The translations under genes were made by a program, and so were the position numbers. This document shows positions 51,166-61,742 of a stretch of DNA of 64,000 bases, one piece after another (position 1 is the stretch's first letter; each line of letters starts with the position of its first letter). The stretch covers positions 96,001 to 160,000 of the forward strand of contig JAHPZA010000004.1 in NCBI GenBank assembly GCA_019058445.1. The letters run 5' to 3'. The notes below the pieces were generated by a model. The model searched no databases, was not told where the DNA came from, and worked only from the letters and a program-made list of their open reading frames with translations. This DNA is from Promethearchaeota archaeon. GTDB taxonomy: Archaea > Asgardarchaeota > Lokiarchaeia > Sigyniarchaeales > SOKP01.

Positions 51166-52089
51166 ATGTCAAAGCTATTTGATGAGATTGAGGATGTATA
51201 TATTGAGATTAATGGAGTTAAACTTCATACTGTCTTAATTGGCTCAGGGAAACCATTACTTTTATTACATGGTTTTCCAGATTTTTGGTATGGTTGGAAA
51301 GATATAATCATGGGACTAAAAGATAAATATAAATTGGTTGTGCCTGATATGAGAGGGTATAATCTTTCTGATAAACCTGAAGGCATTGAGAATTATACTT
51401 TAGACATTCTAATTGACGACATCAAGGGGTTAAGTGAAGCACTAAATTTAGGTAAATTTTGCTTGGCAGGACACGACTGGGGGGGACCAGTAGCATGGGG
51501 TGTTGCTGGAAAATATCCAGAATTACTAGAAAAGCTAATAATAATTAATGGTCCTCATCCTATAATAATGAGGAACCTTATTGCTAAGGATAAGGATCAA
51601 AGAAGAGCGAGTTCATATATATTCGAATTCATAAAGCCTGATAGTGCAAATTTACTTATGGAAAACGATTTTAAAGTTTTAAAAGCCATTATGGATATGA
51701 ATATTGAAACGCTAAAAGATCTTTTTGGAGGATTAAAAACGCTCGAGAATATATTCGAATTGCAGAAAAGAGAGCATGAACTTAGTGAATTTGATATGGA
51801 AAAATATGTGGAAGCATGGTCTCAGCCAGGAGCTATACAAGCAGGGCTGCATTATTATCGTGCATCCGTCAAGGATGCATTTACGACAAGTTGGGATGGA
51901 TCGATAAGTGTTCCAACTTTAGTTATGCATGGAATGAACGATATTGCTTTAACTCCTAAAATCGTTGATGGTTTAGAAGACTATGTAAAGGATTTAAAAA
52001 TCGTGAAAATCGAAAATGTTACTCATTGGGTGATGATAGACGCTCCCGAAAAGGTTAATTCTAGTATAAAAGAATTTATTGGAGATTAA
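51166..52089 (+). CDS. Epoxide hydrolase-like alpha/beta hydrolase
   Basis: LHGFPDFWYGW, DMRGYNLSDKP, GHDWGG (Asp nucleophile), YYRA, THWV. Confidence 0.9.
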   Translation: MSKLFDEIEDVYIEINGVKLHTVLIGSGKPLLLLHGFPDFWYGWKDIIMGLKDKYKLVVPDMRGYNLSDKPEGIENYTLDILIDDIKGLSEALNLGKFCLAGHDWGGPVAWGVAGKYPELLEKLIIINGPHPIIMRNLIAKDKDQRRASSYIFEFIKPDSANLLMENDFKVLKAIMDMNIETLKDLFGGLKTLENIFELQKREHELSEFDMEKYVEAWSQPGAIQAGLHYYRASVKDAFTTSWDGSISVPTLVMHGMNDIALTPKIVDGLEDYVKDLKIVKIENVTHWVMIDAPEKVNSSIKEFIGD

Positions 52090-52109
52090 ATTCTATTTTA
52101 AAAATAAAA

Positions 52110-53252
52110 TTATTTTAATTCATTTTCGCTAAAATATTCTTTTTCTGGAATAGGGTAATGAATTACTTCCTTACCATCTACTATTTTTTTTACATATTCT
52201 TTCCCTTTTTTGTCGATATAAACTTTTCCTGAGGTAATGAGCAAGTTATATAACTCTTTCCGTTTCTTTGGGTCTGCGACACAAATAAAATTACAATTTC
52301 CGCATCGGGGATTAGTGTCTATTAACGGTCTCAAACCAACATTCTCGGTGATTCCAACCTTAGCAAAAGAAGCAAGGATTTTTTGATTAAATTTCCGAAT
52401 TTCCCGAGGAGTATTTGGATCTCTAAGAAGTTTTAGTAAAAGGTCTCTCCTTAAACTTCGATTCTTTATCCACTCTTCATGAGTGTGCTTTTTAAGAGAA
52501 GTATGGTCCGGAGTCCATGTACTCCATGTGGCATCCAAAGATAATCCTACCCAACCGGCACAACCAATCCCGCATTTTGAATACGCACCTCTTCGGGCAT
52601 AAACTTCTTTGAACCCTCCAATAATAACTTCTTGTCGTGATTCTTCCTCATCCATAGGAAAATAGCCTGTCGTGCAGGCTTTTACGCAAATTTTGCACCT
52701 ATTACAATGATTCTCTTCAGCCATAGGATCAGGTTCCAATGGAGCTATAGTAAGCACTCCTCCCAGATAAAGTGATCCCCCATATTCCTTAGTAACTAAA
52801 TTTCCCGACCAACCTAAATGTCCTAAACCTGCAGCAACAGCTCCGTATCTAAGAGAAAAATCAGGCCATGCGTAATCATCTTTCCTAAAATCATATCGCT
52901 TTCCATTAACTTCTCTATATTTAGCATTTGGAATTACCGGAAAGGCCTTATAGTCTGTAATTTCTTCAATATACTTTGCTACTTTTTGAGCGGTTTTCCA
53001 AGCACCTACATAAGCAAAATCTTGGGCTTTTTTAATGCTCATTCGTTCTATCTTAGAAAAATAATTTTCAAGAGCTTCAATCGGGTTTGGGTATGCCCAG
53101 ATGATGCAGCTTTGAGCGCCAGGAAGGCAATAATTCATGTCACCGGAGGGGGGTGCTTCTTTTAGCCGGTCTTGACTTCCCACCCCAACTAATTTAGCCC
53201 CATCATCAAGAATCATTTGCTTTATATTTACCTTTAATTCCTTTAGATCCAT
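52110..53252 (-). CDS. QueG/reductive-dehalogenase-like Fe-S protein
   Basis: SLRYGAVAAGLGHLGWSGNLVTKEYG, CNRCKICVKAC, CGNCNFIC. Confidence 0.8.
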   Translation of the reverse strand: MDLKELKVNIKQMILDDGAKLVGVGSQDRLKEAPPSGDMNYCLPGAQSCIIWAYPNPIEALENYFSKIERMSIKKAQDFAYVGAWKTAQKVAKYIEEITDYKAFPVIPNAKYREVNGKRYDFRKDDYAWPDFSLRYGAVAAGLGHLGWSGNLVTKEYGGSLYLGGVLTIAPLEPDPMAEENHCNRCKICVKACTTGYFPMDEEESRQEVIIGGFKEVYARRGAYSKCGIGCAGWVGLSLDATWSTWTPDHTSLKKHTHEEWIKNRSLRRDLLLKLLRDPNTPREIRKFNQKILASFAKVGITENVGLRPLIDTNPRCGNCNFICVADPKKRKELYNLLITSGKVYIDKKGKEYVKKIVDGKEVIHYPIPEKEYFSENELK

Positions 53253-53327
53253 TTTAATAACCTAATTGGGTATTGAATTTAATTTTAAAAAAAAAATACA
53301 TTATAATGTAATGTGATTTCGTTATTT

Positions 53328-54614
53328 TTATTTCCTTTCCAATTCTTTTTTTTTGGCTAGCATTAAAGAAGCCCCATTAAATAGACTGTTTTTAGCAATG
53401 AATGATAGCTCCTGTTTTCCTTTTTGCTTTAAAATCTTGGCCTTCAAATCATAAACTTCTATGAGTACATCTTTATTTACTAATTCACTTGATTTGATTA
53501 TAACATCAAGCATATGCAAAGCTAATTGGAGCTTTCCTTGTTCATAAAGATTTTTTCCGTGTTCAAGATATTTTTCGGGCGAGTTAATCTGTAAAAATTC
53601 CCTGGCTATATCGTCAGATTTTGCGGGGTAAAAATCGGTTGGGTTTCCCGTATTATACCACCCATGATAAAGACGGTAGGTTGCGTGTATTGCAAATTGA
53701 TAACAGCCGTAAGTTCCTCTTAAAAATTTTTGATTTTTAAATTTCTCGGGAAAAATCTCCATCATTTCATGAAAAATTTGTTCAAACCATTTGCCCTCAT
53801 TCATCCTTTTTACCACCTCATCGTGAACAAAATGCATGGCTTCTGCCCTAATTGATAAAGCCTCTTTCACATCCTCTTTACCCTCAATAAGTTTTCCATG
53901 ACCAGGAACAATAAATTCAGCATTTTTTTCCAGCATTTTTTCCATCGCAATAGCCCAATCATGAGGATAGCGTTGTACTTTATTAGGATTTCCAACATTA
54001 GGAAATGAAGGATTCATGACTAAATCTCCGGCAAATAGAACTTTTTTATCAGGAACCCATAACCAGAGTGAATCATCTGTTTCTCCCATATCATGGTAGA
54101 CTTCAAAATTGATATTGCCTAACGTGAAAGAATACGAGGCATCATTCCCAGTAAGGACTATTGTAGGATCAAGCGTCTCGTGTGCGGAAACAGGTTCTCC
54201 TTGTTGTTTTAAACCTATCGACGCAAATTGTTGACTGTTTAACCATATATGATATTTATCTAATCTTCTGTATTTTTCAAACCGTCTCACACAATTTTCA
54301 TGTGCTATTACTTCAGGCATTTTCCACCCTCTTTCTTTAATTTCTTTGATAATTGATGCGTATCCAAAGCAATGATCGAAATGACCATGTGAATAAATAA
54401 TATATTTTACTGGTTTATCTGAAAATTCTCGAAGTGCTTCAAAAATGCGTTTGTGGAATTGTCTTGGTGCCAAATCAAAAACGACTAATCCATCATCGGT
54501 CTCTACAGCACCAACATTGCCAAAAGCCCCGATAATAAGGCATTTTCCATCGGCAAATGTTTTTGATGGGAACATCCCAAAAAAATCATTCATATCTTGT
54601 TTCGTAATATCCAT
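53328..54614 (-). CDS. MBL-fold alkylsulfatase-like hydrolase (paralog of 23120)
   Basis: YSHGHFDH, GETDD, PNVGNP.KVQRY; start chosen at MDITKQ behind AGGAG. Confidence 0.85.
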   Translation of the reverse strand: MDITKQDMNDFFGMFPSKTFADGKCLIIGAFGNVGAVETDDGLVVFDLAPRQFHKRIFEALREFSDKPVKYIIYSHGHFDHCFGYASIIKEIKERGWKMPEVIAHENCVRRFEKYRRLDKYHIWLNSQQFASIGLKQQGEPVSAHETLDPTIVLTGNDASYSFTLGNINFEVYHDMGETDDSLWLWVPDKKVLFAGDLVMNPSFPNVGNPNKVQRYPHDWAIAMEKMLEKNAEFIVPGHGKLIEGKEDVKEALSIRAEAMHFVHDEVVKRMNEGKWFEQIFHEMMEIFPEKFKNQKFLRGTYGCYQFAIHATYRLYHGWYNTGNPTDFYPAKSDDIAREFLQINSPEKYLEHGKNLYEQGKLQLALHMLDVIIKSSELVNKDVLIEVYDLKAKILKQKGKQELSFIAKNSLFNGASLMLAKKKELERK

Positions 54615-54689
54615 CGTTATTCTCCTTATGACAAATAATTTATTATCTATATCTAATAATTGGGAAAAAATAATACTTCCGAGTTTCAT

Positions 54690-56213
54690 TTAGGTTGGGG
54701 CAATCCTTTTAGGATATCTGCTTTGAGCTTTGAGGTTTTCATGGAATAATTGTTCGACTAAGTCATATCGTAGTTCTTTATGGGTGTGCCATAAATTATT
54801 CGTTTCGTCTGGATCATTTTTACGAGAATATAGGTCGCCATACCCTCTCAAATTCTCATAGAGTGTTAACTTGTACTCCTCGGTGACCAAATGTCTTAAT
54901 CTTATGTTGACTCCTTTGCGTAAGAACGGAAACTCTTCATCTTCCTCAATTAAACAACTGTCCCTTACCTTAGTACTCGGATCTTTTAACACAGGGGTAA
55001 GATCTACACCTTGAATATCTGGAGGTTGATGTCTTTTCCTAATACCAAGTAGACTTAAGATAGTTTTTGGGATATCAATTGAACTTGCGAGAGACTCAGA
55101 AACAACTGGCTTAGTGAGTCCAGGCACTTTCCATAGTAAAGGAACATTTAAAATACCTTTAAACGGGCATGGTCCTTTGAGAATCATTCCGTGATCCCCC
55201 ATTAAGTCCCCATGATCGCTAGTATAGATGACCATAGTATTATCTGCTAAACCTAATTTTTCTAAGGAAGCTAAAATCTGCCCAACTGCATCATCGATCA
55301 TGGCAATTAAACCATATGTTAATGCTATAAAATCTCTAACTTCTTGTTCTGTTGATACTCTTAATAAAGCTCCCCTAAAGGCGGGATTTTTGATAAATTG
55401 TCCTAAGAATTGATGATTTTCTAAATTCTTAGCATCATCGAAGCTCGAAGGGAGTTCAATTTCTTCAGGCTTATACAGATCTTTATATTTTCCAGGAGGA
55501 CAGACAGGATGATGCGGATCGGGAATTGAACAATGCAAAAAGAAGGGTTTATTCCCATATTTCCCTTGAGAATATCTTTCTAAAAATGAAATTGTTTTTT
55601 CCTTCATATAAGTAGTTGGATAAAGCTCCTCTGGTAGAATAGTCTCATAATATGGAAGATTAAAAAAACTTTTGAATTTCTCTTTTATCGGATCAATATA
55701 TTGGGGGCCCCTTTCTTCCAGCCAATCAAAATAATGCCCGGCGCAAAGATCACCATGACCAACCACCATATCCACTTCATCAAATCCATAGTACGGTTTA
55801 GTTAGATTCTCTTTCATCTTTGGACGATATTTATCAATCAACCAAGGACCAATAGCTTCTGCCGATGTAAAAGATTTATCAAATTCTCTGGCCCAGTATT
55901 GAAGATGTATTTTTCCAATGCTAATGGTGTGATATCCCTGTTTTTTTAAAGTATCATTTATAGTTGGCACGTTTAACGGTAAATTTATTCCATTACTTCG
56001 AACACCGTGCATATTTGGATATAATCCTGTAAGAATTGTGGATCGATTAGGCATACACATTGGATTCGTGCAAAAAGCACTCGTAAAACGCACACTTTCG
56101 CTTGCGAGCCTGTCTAAATTAGGAGTTTTTAAGACAGAATTTCCAGAACAGCCTAAATGATCAGCGCGCTGTTGATCAGTTATGATAAATAACACGTTCA
56201 TTTTTTCACTCAT
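54690..56213 (-). CDS. Formylglycine-dependent sulfatase
   Basis: TDQQRAD, CMPNR, DPHHP, TSDHGD. Confidence 0.93.
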   Translation of the reverse strand: MSEKMNVLFIITDQQRADHLGCSGNSVLKTPNLDRLASESVRFTSAFCTNPMCMPNRSTILTGLYPNMHGVRSNGINLPLNVPTINDTLKKQGYHTISIGKIHLQYWAREFDKSFTSAEAIGPWLIDKYRPKMKENLTKPYYGFDEVDMVVGHGDLCAGHYFDWLEERGPQYIDPIKEKFKSFFNLPYYETILPEELYPTTYMKEKTISFLERYSQGKYGNKPFFLHCSIPDPHHPVCPPGKYKDLYKPEEIELPSSFDDAKNLENHQFLGQFIKNPAFRGALLRVSTEQEVRDFIALTYGLIAMIDDAVGQILASLEKLGLADNTMVIYTSDHGDLMGDHGMILKGPCPFKGILNVPLLWKVPGLTKPVVSESLASSIDIPKTILSLLGIRKRHQPPDIQGVDLTPVLKDPSTKVRDSCLIEEDEEFPFLRKGVNIRLRHLVTEEYKLTLYENLRGYGDLYSRKNDPDETNNLWHTHKELRYDLVEQLFHENLKAQSRYPKRIAPT

Positions 56214-56317
56214 AATAATGAATTTGTTAGAGAACATTAAAAAGATTTTGAGTACTAATTTGTAATATTACATTTTTTGATATTTAAAAGCCCTCTTCTC
56301 TTTTTTTAGAAAAAATC

Positions 56318-56333
56318 TTTACATTGGTGAAAA
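56318..56333. promoter_or_regulatory. Candidate operator (site 3)
   Basis: TTTACATTGGTGAAAA between divergent sulfatase and Fe-S genes. Confidence 0.5.
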
Positions 56334-56400
56334 GCTTAAAAAATTAGTTAAGATTTATCTATAATTAAGTTAAAAATACTATAAAAATAGAGGATATTAA

Positions 56401-57465
56401 ATGATTGTAAATGAAGAACATAAGGCAGATCTGATTCGATTAGCAAAAGAGTATACATATTCTGCGCAATCTTATCCCGGGGTTCAAGAAGAAGAACCAA
56501 AAGAAAAATATCTTGAATATTTAAGTCTGATGTATGATCCGGAGATTGTTAAAATCATGCTGGAGCTTCCTGTAATGCCGAAAACTATGTCAATAAAGAA
56601 AGTAGCGAAAAAATTAGGCATTGATAAAGACGAATTAATTGCTAAATTAGAGGAGCATGCAAAAAGGGGATTTGTAACACGGATTGGGAATAGCTATGCT
56701 CGCCCTTCTCCTTTGCAGATTCATGATTCGCCATTCATTCTTCAAGAGAATTTAGATAGAGACGATATTGTGGAATTTGCACGATTAAGTAGAGAATATT
56801 TTGAGGAGGGATATTATAAAACCTGGGAAACAAACCGTAGAGGGATTCCAAGGACAAGAGTATTGACAGTCTCAGAAAAAATAGAACCTTCACATCAAAT
56901 CATGCCCATGGAAGAAGTGTATACCATAATCGACAAGCAAACGGATTTTGCTATATTTCCTTGTCCTTGCCGTCAGAGGAAAGAAGTTGAGGGAATTCGG
57001 AAATGTAAAGATAAGTATCCAATTCATAATTGCATAACATTTGGAATTTTTGCTAAACAAATGATTGAAATGGGGGATCCTGCTGTAAGAGCCATTTCAA
57101 AAGAAGAAGTAAAAGAAGAAGCTAGAAAAGCTGCCGAACTTGGTTTAGTTCACATGACGGATAATAATGAAAATAATGTCCACATTCTTTGTGCATGCTG
57201 CGAATGTTGTTGTGGTAATTTAGCGGGATTAACAAGGTTGGATAATCCTAGAGCTATAGCTAGAGCTAATTATATTTCGAGTATTGATGAAGGATTGTGC
57301 GTTGCATGTGGGACATGTATAGAGAGATGTAAGTTTGATGCAATTACTTTGAATGAGATTGCTCATGTTAACGTTGATAAATGTGTAGGGTGTGGATTGT
57401 GTGCTGTAACTTGTCCTGAAGATGCAATTACCATGAAACGACTTGAAAGAGAGGTCCTCCCTTAA
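56401..57465 (+). CDS. Cys-rich 4Fe-4S binding protein (wHTH, CPCR/CxCCxCCC, 2x[4Fe-4S])
   Basis: CPCR, CACCECCC, CVACGTCIERC, CVGCGLCAVTCP. Confidence 0.85.
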   Translation: MIVNEEHKADLIRLAKEYTYSAQSYPGVQEEEPKEKYLEYLSLMYDPEIVKIMLELPVMPKTMSIKKVAKKLGIDKDELIAKLEEHAKRGFVTRIGNSYARPSPLQIHDSPFILQENLDRDDIVEFARLSREYFEEGYYKTWETNRRGIPRTRVLTVSEKIEPSHQIMPMEEVYTIIDKQTDFAIFPCPCRQRKEVEGIRKCKDKYPIHNCITFGIFAKQMIEMGDPAVRAISKEEVKEEARKAAELGLVHMTDNNENNVHILCACCECCCGNLAGLTRLDNPRAIARANYISSIDEGLCVACGTCIERCKFDAITLNEIAHVNVDKCVGCGLCAVTCPEDAITMKRLEREVLP

Positions 57466-57519
57466 TGAACGATAATTAATTTTTTTACAAAATCATTTTA
57501 AAGATAGAAAATAAAAGGA

Positions 57520-58647
57520 GTGAATAAAATTACATCAGCAGAATCCCAAGATCCATATGAGATAATATTACAAAAAATGAGAAGATATCCTAGTGATATT
57601 CCCATGACCGACGGGCAGATTTCAGATGCGTTTCGAGAGTATATCAAGTTACTTTTCACTCCCGAGGAAGCTGAGATTGCTCAACATCTTGAAACTCGTC
57701 CTTTATCTGCGGGAAATATTGCCAAAAGGATTGGAAAAAGTTTGAAAGAAACCAGAGAAATCTTAAATGATATGGCAGATAAAGGGATTATCCAAGATAT
57801 TGGGGGGTACTCATATTTTATTGCCATGGCTCATCTTTTAAATATGGGTTTTAAATATTCAAAATCATTTAAGAGGCTAGGTAAAAAAGGAGCCGAACTA
57901 TACCAACAATTCTTCATTGAGGAACAATTTTACAAACGTTATGAGTCATCAGATGGGGGTACTTCAATGACAAGAGTGGTACCTATAAATTCCGCCATTG
58001 ATCATAAATCTGAAATTTTAAATGCGGAGGAAATACATCAAATTTTTGATGAATGCAAGGGTCCAATAGTCATTACTGATTGTCCATGTCGAAATAGGAC
58101 AGATATTTTAGGCATTCGAGAATGCAAAGATAAATACCCTATAGAAGAATCTTGCTTTCAGTTAGGATTATTCGGAAAATATTTCATCAGAAGGGGAGAA
58201 GGAAGGGAATTATCACGCGAAGAAGCACATCAATTAATAGACAAATACGCCAAAATGGGATTAATTTTCACAACTGAGAATGTTAAAGATCCAAATCATT
58301 TCGTAATCTGCTGTTGTTGCGCATGTTGTTGTGCCCTTTTAAGGGGTATGACACGTTTTGAGGATAAAAACGAACATTGTGTTGCTAAATCCAATTATGT
58401 ATCTAAAGTAGATCAGGATGCTTGTAAAGGATGTGGAATGTGCATACAGAGATGTCCATTTAATGCGATTACAATTGAGAATGAGAAAGCATCTGTTGAT
58501 GCAAATAGATGTTATGGATGTGGTGCTTGTGCAGTAACATGCCCTACGGGAGCGATAAAGCTACATCGAGAGGAACGCTCATATATTTATGAAAATGCTT
58601 TAAAGCTTTCAAGTAAGATTTATCAGGAAAATAGATTTGATCTATAA
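57520..58647 (+). CDS. Cys-rich 4Fe-4S binding protein (paralog)
   Basis: CPCR, CCCCACCC, CKGCGMCIQRCP, CYGCGACAVTCP. Confidence 0.85.
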   Translation: MNKITSAESQDPYEIILQKMRRYPSDIPMTDGQISDAFREYIKLLFTPEEAEIAQHLETRPLSAGNIAKRIGKSLKETREILNDMADKGIIQDIGGYSYFIAMAHLLNMGFKYSKSFKRLGKKGAELYQQFFIEEQFYKRYESSDGGTSMTRVVPINSAIDHKSEILNAEEIHQIFDECKGPIVITDCPCRNRTDILGIRECKDKYPIEESCFQLGLFGKYFIRRGEGRELSREEAHQLIDKYAKMGLIFTTENVKDPNHFVICCCCACCCALLRGMTRFEDKNEHCVAKSNYVSKVDQDACKGCGMCIQRCPFNAITIENEKASVDANRCYGCGACAVTCPTGAIKLHREERSYIYENALKLSSKIYQENRFDL

Positions 58648-58694
58648 TTTAATAAATAAATTTCAAACTCTTATAATGGTTAAGCTGGTAAATT

Positions 58695-60197
58695 ATGAGT
58701 GAAAAAATGAACGTGTTATTTATGATAACGGATCAACAGCGAGCCGATCATCTCAGCTGTGCGGGAAATCCGATCTTAAAAACTCCACATATTGACAGCA
58801 TTGGCAATGGTGGGATACGATTTACGAAATATTTTTGTGCTACGCCTATTTGTATGCCCAATCGAGGGAGTTTTTTTACTGGTGCATATCCAAGTGTTCA
58901 CGGAACCCGATCAAATGGGATTAATTTAAATCCTGAAATTCCAACGATTTCTGAAGTACTAAAAAATCAAGGGTATCATACCGTCTCGGTAGGAAAAACG
59001 CATTTCAACTTCTACGCATTTCCTTATAAGAAGAAAAAAGTCCAATCCTTAGAGGTTATTCCTTATTGGATGTCGGGGAAGTTGAAATCACCATTTCCCA
59101 CACCATATTATGGTTTCGACGAGGTAAAGCTAACCGTGGGTCATGGTGATATAGTAGGTGGTCATTATTTAGAATGGTTAGAAGAAAAAGGTTATGATAA
59201 ACTGGATTTTTTGAAGAATCGGTTGATAGAAATCTATAAGAACTATTACGAGACTGAAGTCCCGGAGGAATTCTATCCATCTACATATATTACAGACCAA
59301 ACAGTTGAATTCTTAGAACGTTGTTCAGAAGGACAATATGGAGATAAACCATTTTTTATGCATTGTTCTTATAATGATCCCCATCATCCAGTATGCCCCC
59401 CTGGGAGATATATGGATATGTACGGTCCCAATGATATTACCCTTCCAGAAAATTTCGAAGATGGGGAAAATCTACTTAATCACGAATTTTTAGGAGAGAT
59501 ATTAAAAGACTCTCGCTTTCCGCATCTACTTCCTCAGAAAGTAGATGAGGAAGTGGCTAAGACTTTCACGGCACTTACGTATGGGTCTATAGCCATGATT
59601 GATGATGGAGTTGGGAAAATTCTTCAGAAATTAGAAAAAACCGGAATGGCAGAAAATACAATGGTCATTTTTACTAGTGACCATGGAGATTACTGCGGAG
59701 ATCATGGACTCATTTTGAAAGGGCCTGCCCATTACCGTAGCGTTATAAATATGCCCTTACTATGGAAGGTGCCGGGAGTAACAAAATCAGGAGTGTCTGA
59801 TTCACTTATTGATACTGTTGACCTCCCTAAGACAATTTTAAATATACTCGGTATTAGTGAAAAATTACATCCTGAAGCATTTCAAGGTTATGATGTAACC
59901 TCTATATTGAGTGATCCAAATAAAAAAGTGAGAGAGAGAATTCTCATTGAACATGATGAAGAAATAGCCTCTGACAGAATTTTCAGAGTGAGAACTCTGG
60001 TTACTGAAAGATATCGATTATCGCTTTACGATGGTCATGAGAATTTTGGTGATATCTTTGATTATGAAAACGATCCTTCTGAAGTTGAGAATTTATGGTC
60101 AAAAAATCGGGATCTAAAAAATGAACTCGTCGAGGAACAGCTGAGAGAAATCATACGACTACATCCCCGTTTACCAAAGAGGGATGCGTATAATTAA
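58695..60197 (+). CDS. Formylglycine-dependent sulfatase
   Basis: TDQQRAD, CMPNR, DPHHP, TSDHGD. Confidence 0.93.
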   Translation: MSEKMNVLFMITDQQRADHLSCAGNPILKTPHIDSIGNGGIRFTKYFCATPICMPNRGSFFTGAYPSVHGTRSNGINLNPEIPTISEVLKNQGYHTVSVGKTHFNFYAFPYKKKKVQSLEVIPYWMSGKLKSPFPTPYYGFDEVKLTVGHGDIVGGHYLEWLEEKGYDKLDFLKNRLIEIYKNYYETEVPEEFYPSTYITDQTVEFLERCSEGQYGDKPFFMHCSYNDPHHPVCPPGRYMDMYGPNDITLPENFEDGENLLNHEFLGEILKDSRFPHLLPQKVDEEVAKTFTALTYGSIAMIDDGVGKILQKLEKTGMAENTMVIFTSDHGDYCGDHGLILKGPAHYRSVINMPLLWKVPGVTKSGVSDSLIDTVDLPKTILNILGISEKLHPEAFQGYDVTSILSDPNKKVRERILIEHDEEIASDRIFRVRTLVTERYRLSLYDGHENFGDIFDYENDPSEVENLWSKNRDLKNELVEEQLREIIRLHPRLPKRDAYN

Positions 60198-60288
60198 AAT
60201 TGAAATTAAAATTAATCATTTTTTATAAGATTTATATAGTACTTAAACAAATAGTAAAAAAGAATGAAAAAATTAAGTTGAATTTGCT

Positions 60289-61683
60289 ATGAAAGATGAA
60301 AATGGAACAGAAACGAGTGAATGGGAAATAGCATCTACAAGTAAAATGATATCATATGGTTTTGGTTATCTTATTATCAATTTTCTCTTAACTACTTATT
60401 CACGTATTGTTTTTTATTTTTACGAAGTCGAAATAGGTTTACCTGTTATCTATGTTGGGCTTGCATTTGTTATTTTTGCTATATGGAATATGGTTAATGA
60501 CCCACTTTTAGGATATCTAACCGATAAACCCTTGAAATGGACAAAACGATGGGGAATGCGTGCTCCTTGGATCGTTATTTCAAGCTTTCCAATATTAATA
60601 TTTTATTTGCTAATTTTTATGCCTCCCAATGAGAATATTTTGATTATCTTTCTATTTATGGTAATAATTACATGTCTTTTTGACACTTTCTTTTCTATTT
60701 ATAACGATCATGTTTATGGTGGGTTCACAAACCAATTCAGAACAGAATATGAGCGCAGAAAAGGATTTGGCATAATTTTAATCGTAGCTGGGTTTGGTTC
60801 TATGTTTTTGGGCTTAATCCCACCTCTTATTATTAGGTATGGAGACAGAAATTCGTTCATTTTAGCTGCTTTAATAATGGTAATAATACTAATGCTATGC
60901 AATATTTTTCTTTTTTTTGGAATTAAAGAGTCAGAGGAATTAAAAGAGATGTTCATTCGTGGTTATGAGACATCTGAAGAAAAGTCCTTCCTTAAAACAA
61001 TGAAGATTGCTCTCAAACGCAAAAATTATGTAGTAATTCTCATTGCTTATACAACAATCATAACCACACAAACTCTCGCTCAAGCATCTCAAATCTACTT
61101 TATTAAGGATGTATTAAAGGTTCCATATACATATGCGGTGTTTATTAATCTGGCGGGTGTTATAGGTTTTTTAATTTCACTTCCTTTTTGGGTCAATTTT
61201 GCTAAAAATCATGGTTTTAAGAAAACATTAATATTATGTACATTCTTGGCAGCTATTTCTTATATTCCTACCTTATGGATTACAACCATCGAAGAAAGGG
61301 TTATTTTTACTTTTTTAGGTGGTATTCCTTACGCGGGTTATACAGTAGTGATTATGCCGATGGCAGCGGACACTATGGATGATGTCGCTGTAGAGTTGGG
61401 GAGACGTGCAGAAAGTACATTAGCGGGAATTCGGATGTTTTTCTTCCGTGTAGCTTTTCTCGTCCAAGGAGTCGTAATAATGGTTATCCACATTGCCACT
61501 GCATATAATCCCGATCCTAACGCTGTACAAACATCCTTAGCTATATGGGGAATTCGGGTGCATACGGGGTTAATTCCCGCCATTTTGATGTTTGCGATAT
61601 CCCTTATAGTGTATAAGTGGTATGATCTCACGGGAGAAAGAAAAGAAAGCATGCTTAAAGAGTTGAAAGCAAAAGGTCTCTGA
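60289..61683 (+). CDS. MFS transporter, GPH (MelB-like) family
   Basis: WNMVNDPLLGYL.D...RWG.R.PW, ADTMD...G.RAE; about 12 TM. Confidence 0.9.
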   Translation: MKDENGTETSEWEIASTSKMISYGFGYLIINFLLTTYSRIVFYFYEVEIGLPVIYVGLAFVIFAIWNMVNDPLLGYLTDKPLKWTKRWGMRAPWIVISSFPILIFYLLIFMPPNENILIIFLFMVIITCLFDTFFSIYNDHVYGGFTNQFRTEYERRKGFGIILIVAGFGSMFLGLIPPLIIRYGDRNSFILAALIMVIILMLCNIFLFFGIKESEELKEMFIRGYETSEEKSFLKTMKIALKRKNYVVILIAYTTIITTQTLAQASQIYFIKDVLKVPYTYAVFINLAGVIGFLISLPFWVNFAKNHGFKKTLILCTFLAAISYIPTLWITTIEERVIFTFLGGIPYAGYTVVIMPMAADTMDDVAVELGRRAESTLAGIRMFFFRVAFLVQGVVIMVIHIATAYNPDPNAVQTSLAIWGIRVHTGLIPAILMFAISLIVYKWYDLTGERKESMLKELKAKGL

Positions 61684-61742
61684 ATCTTAATTTTTGAAAT
61701 TAATAAAAGAATAATGTTTTTTGATATTAAATTGAATCTAAA

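Noticed and set aside
61720-61742. 11-nt match (ATTCAATTTAA) between the predicted TnpB guide flank and the intron
   Set aside because: Short, very AT-rich and not starting at the guide's first base; expected by chance.
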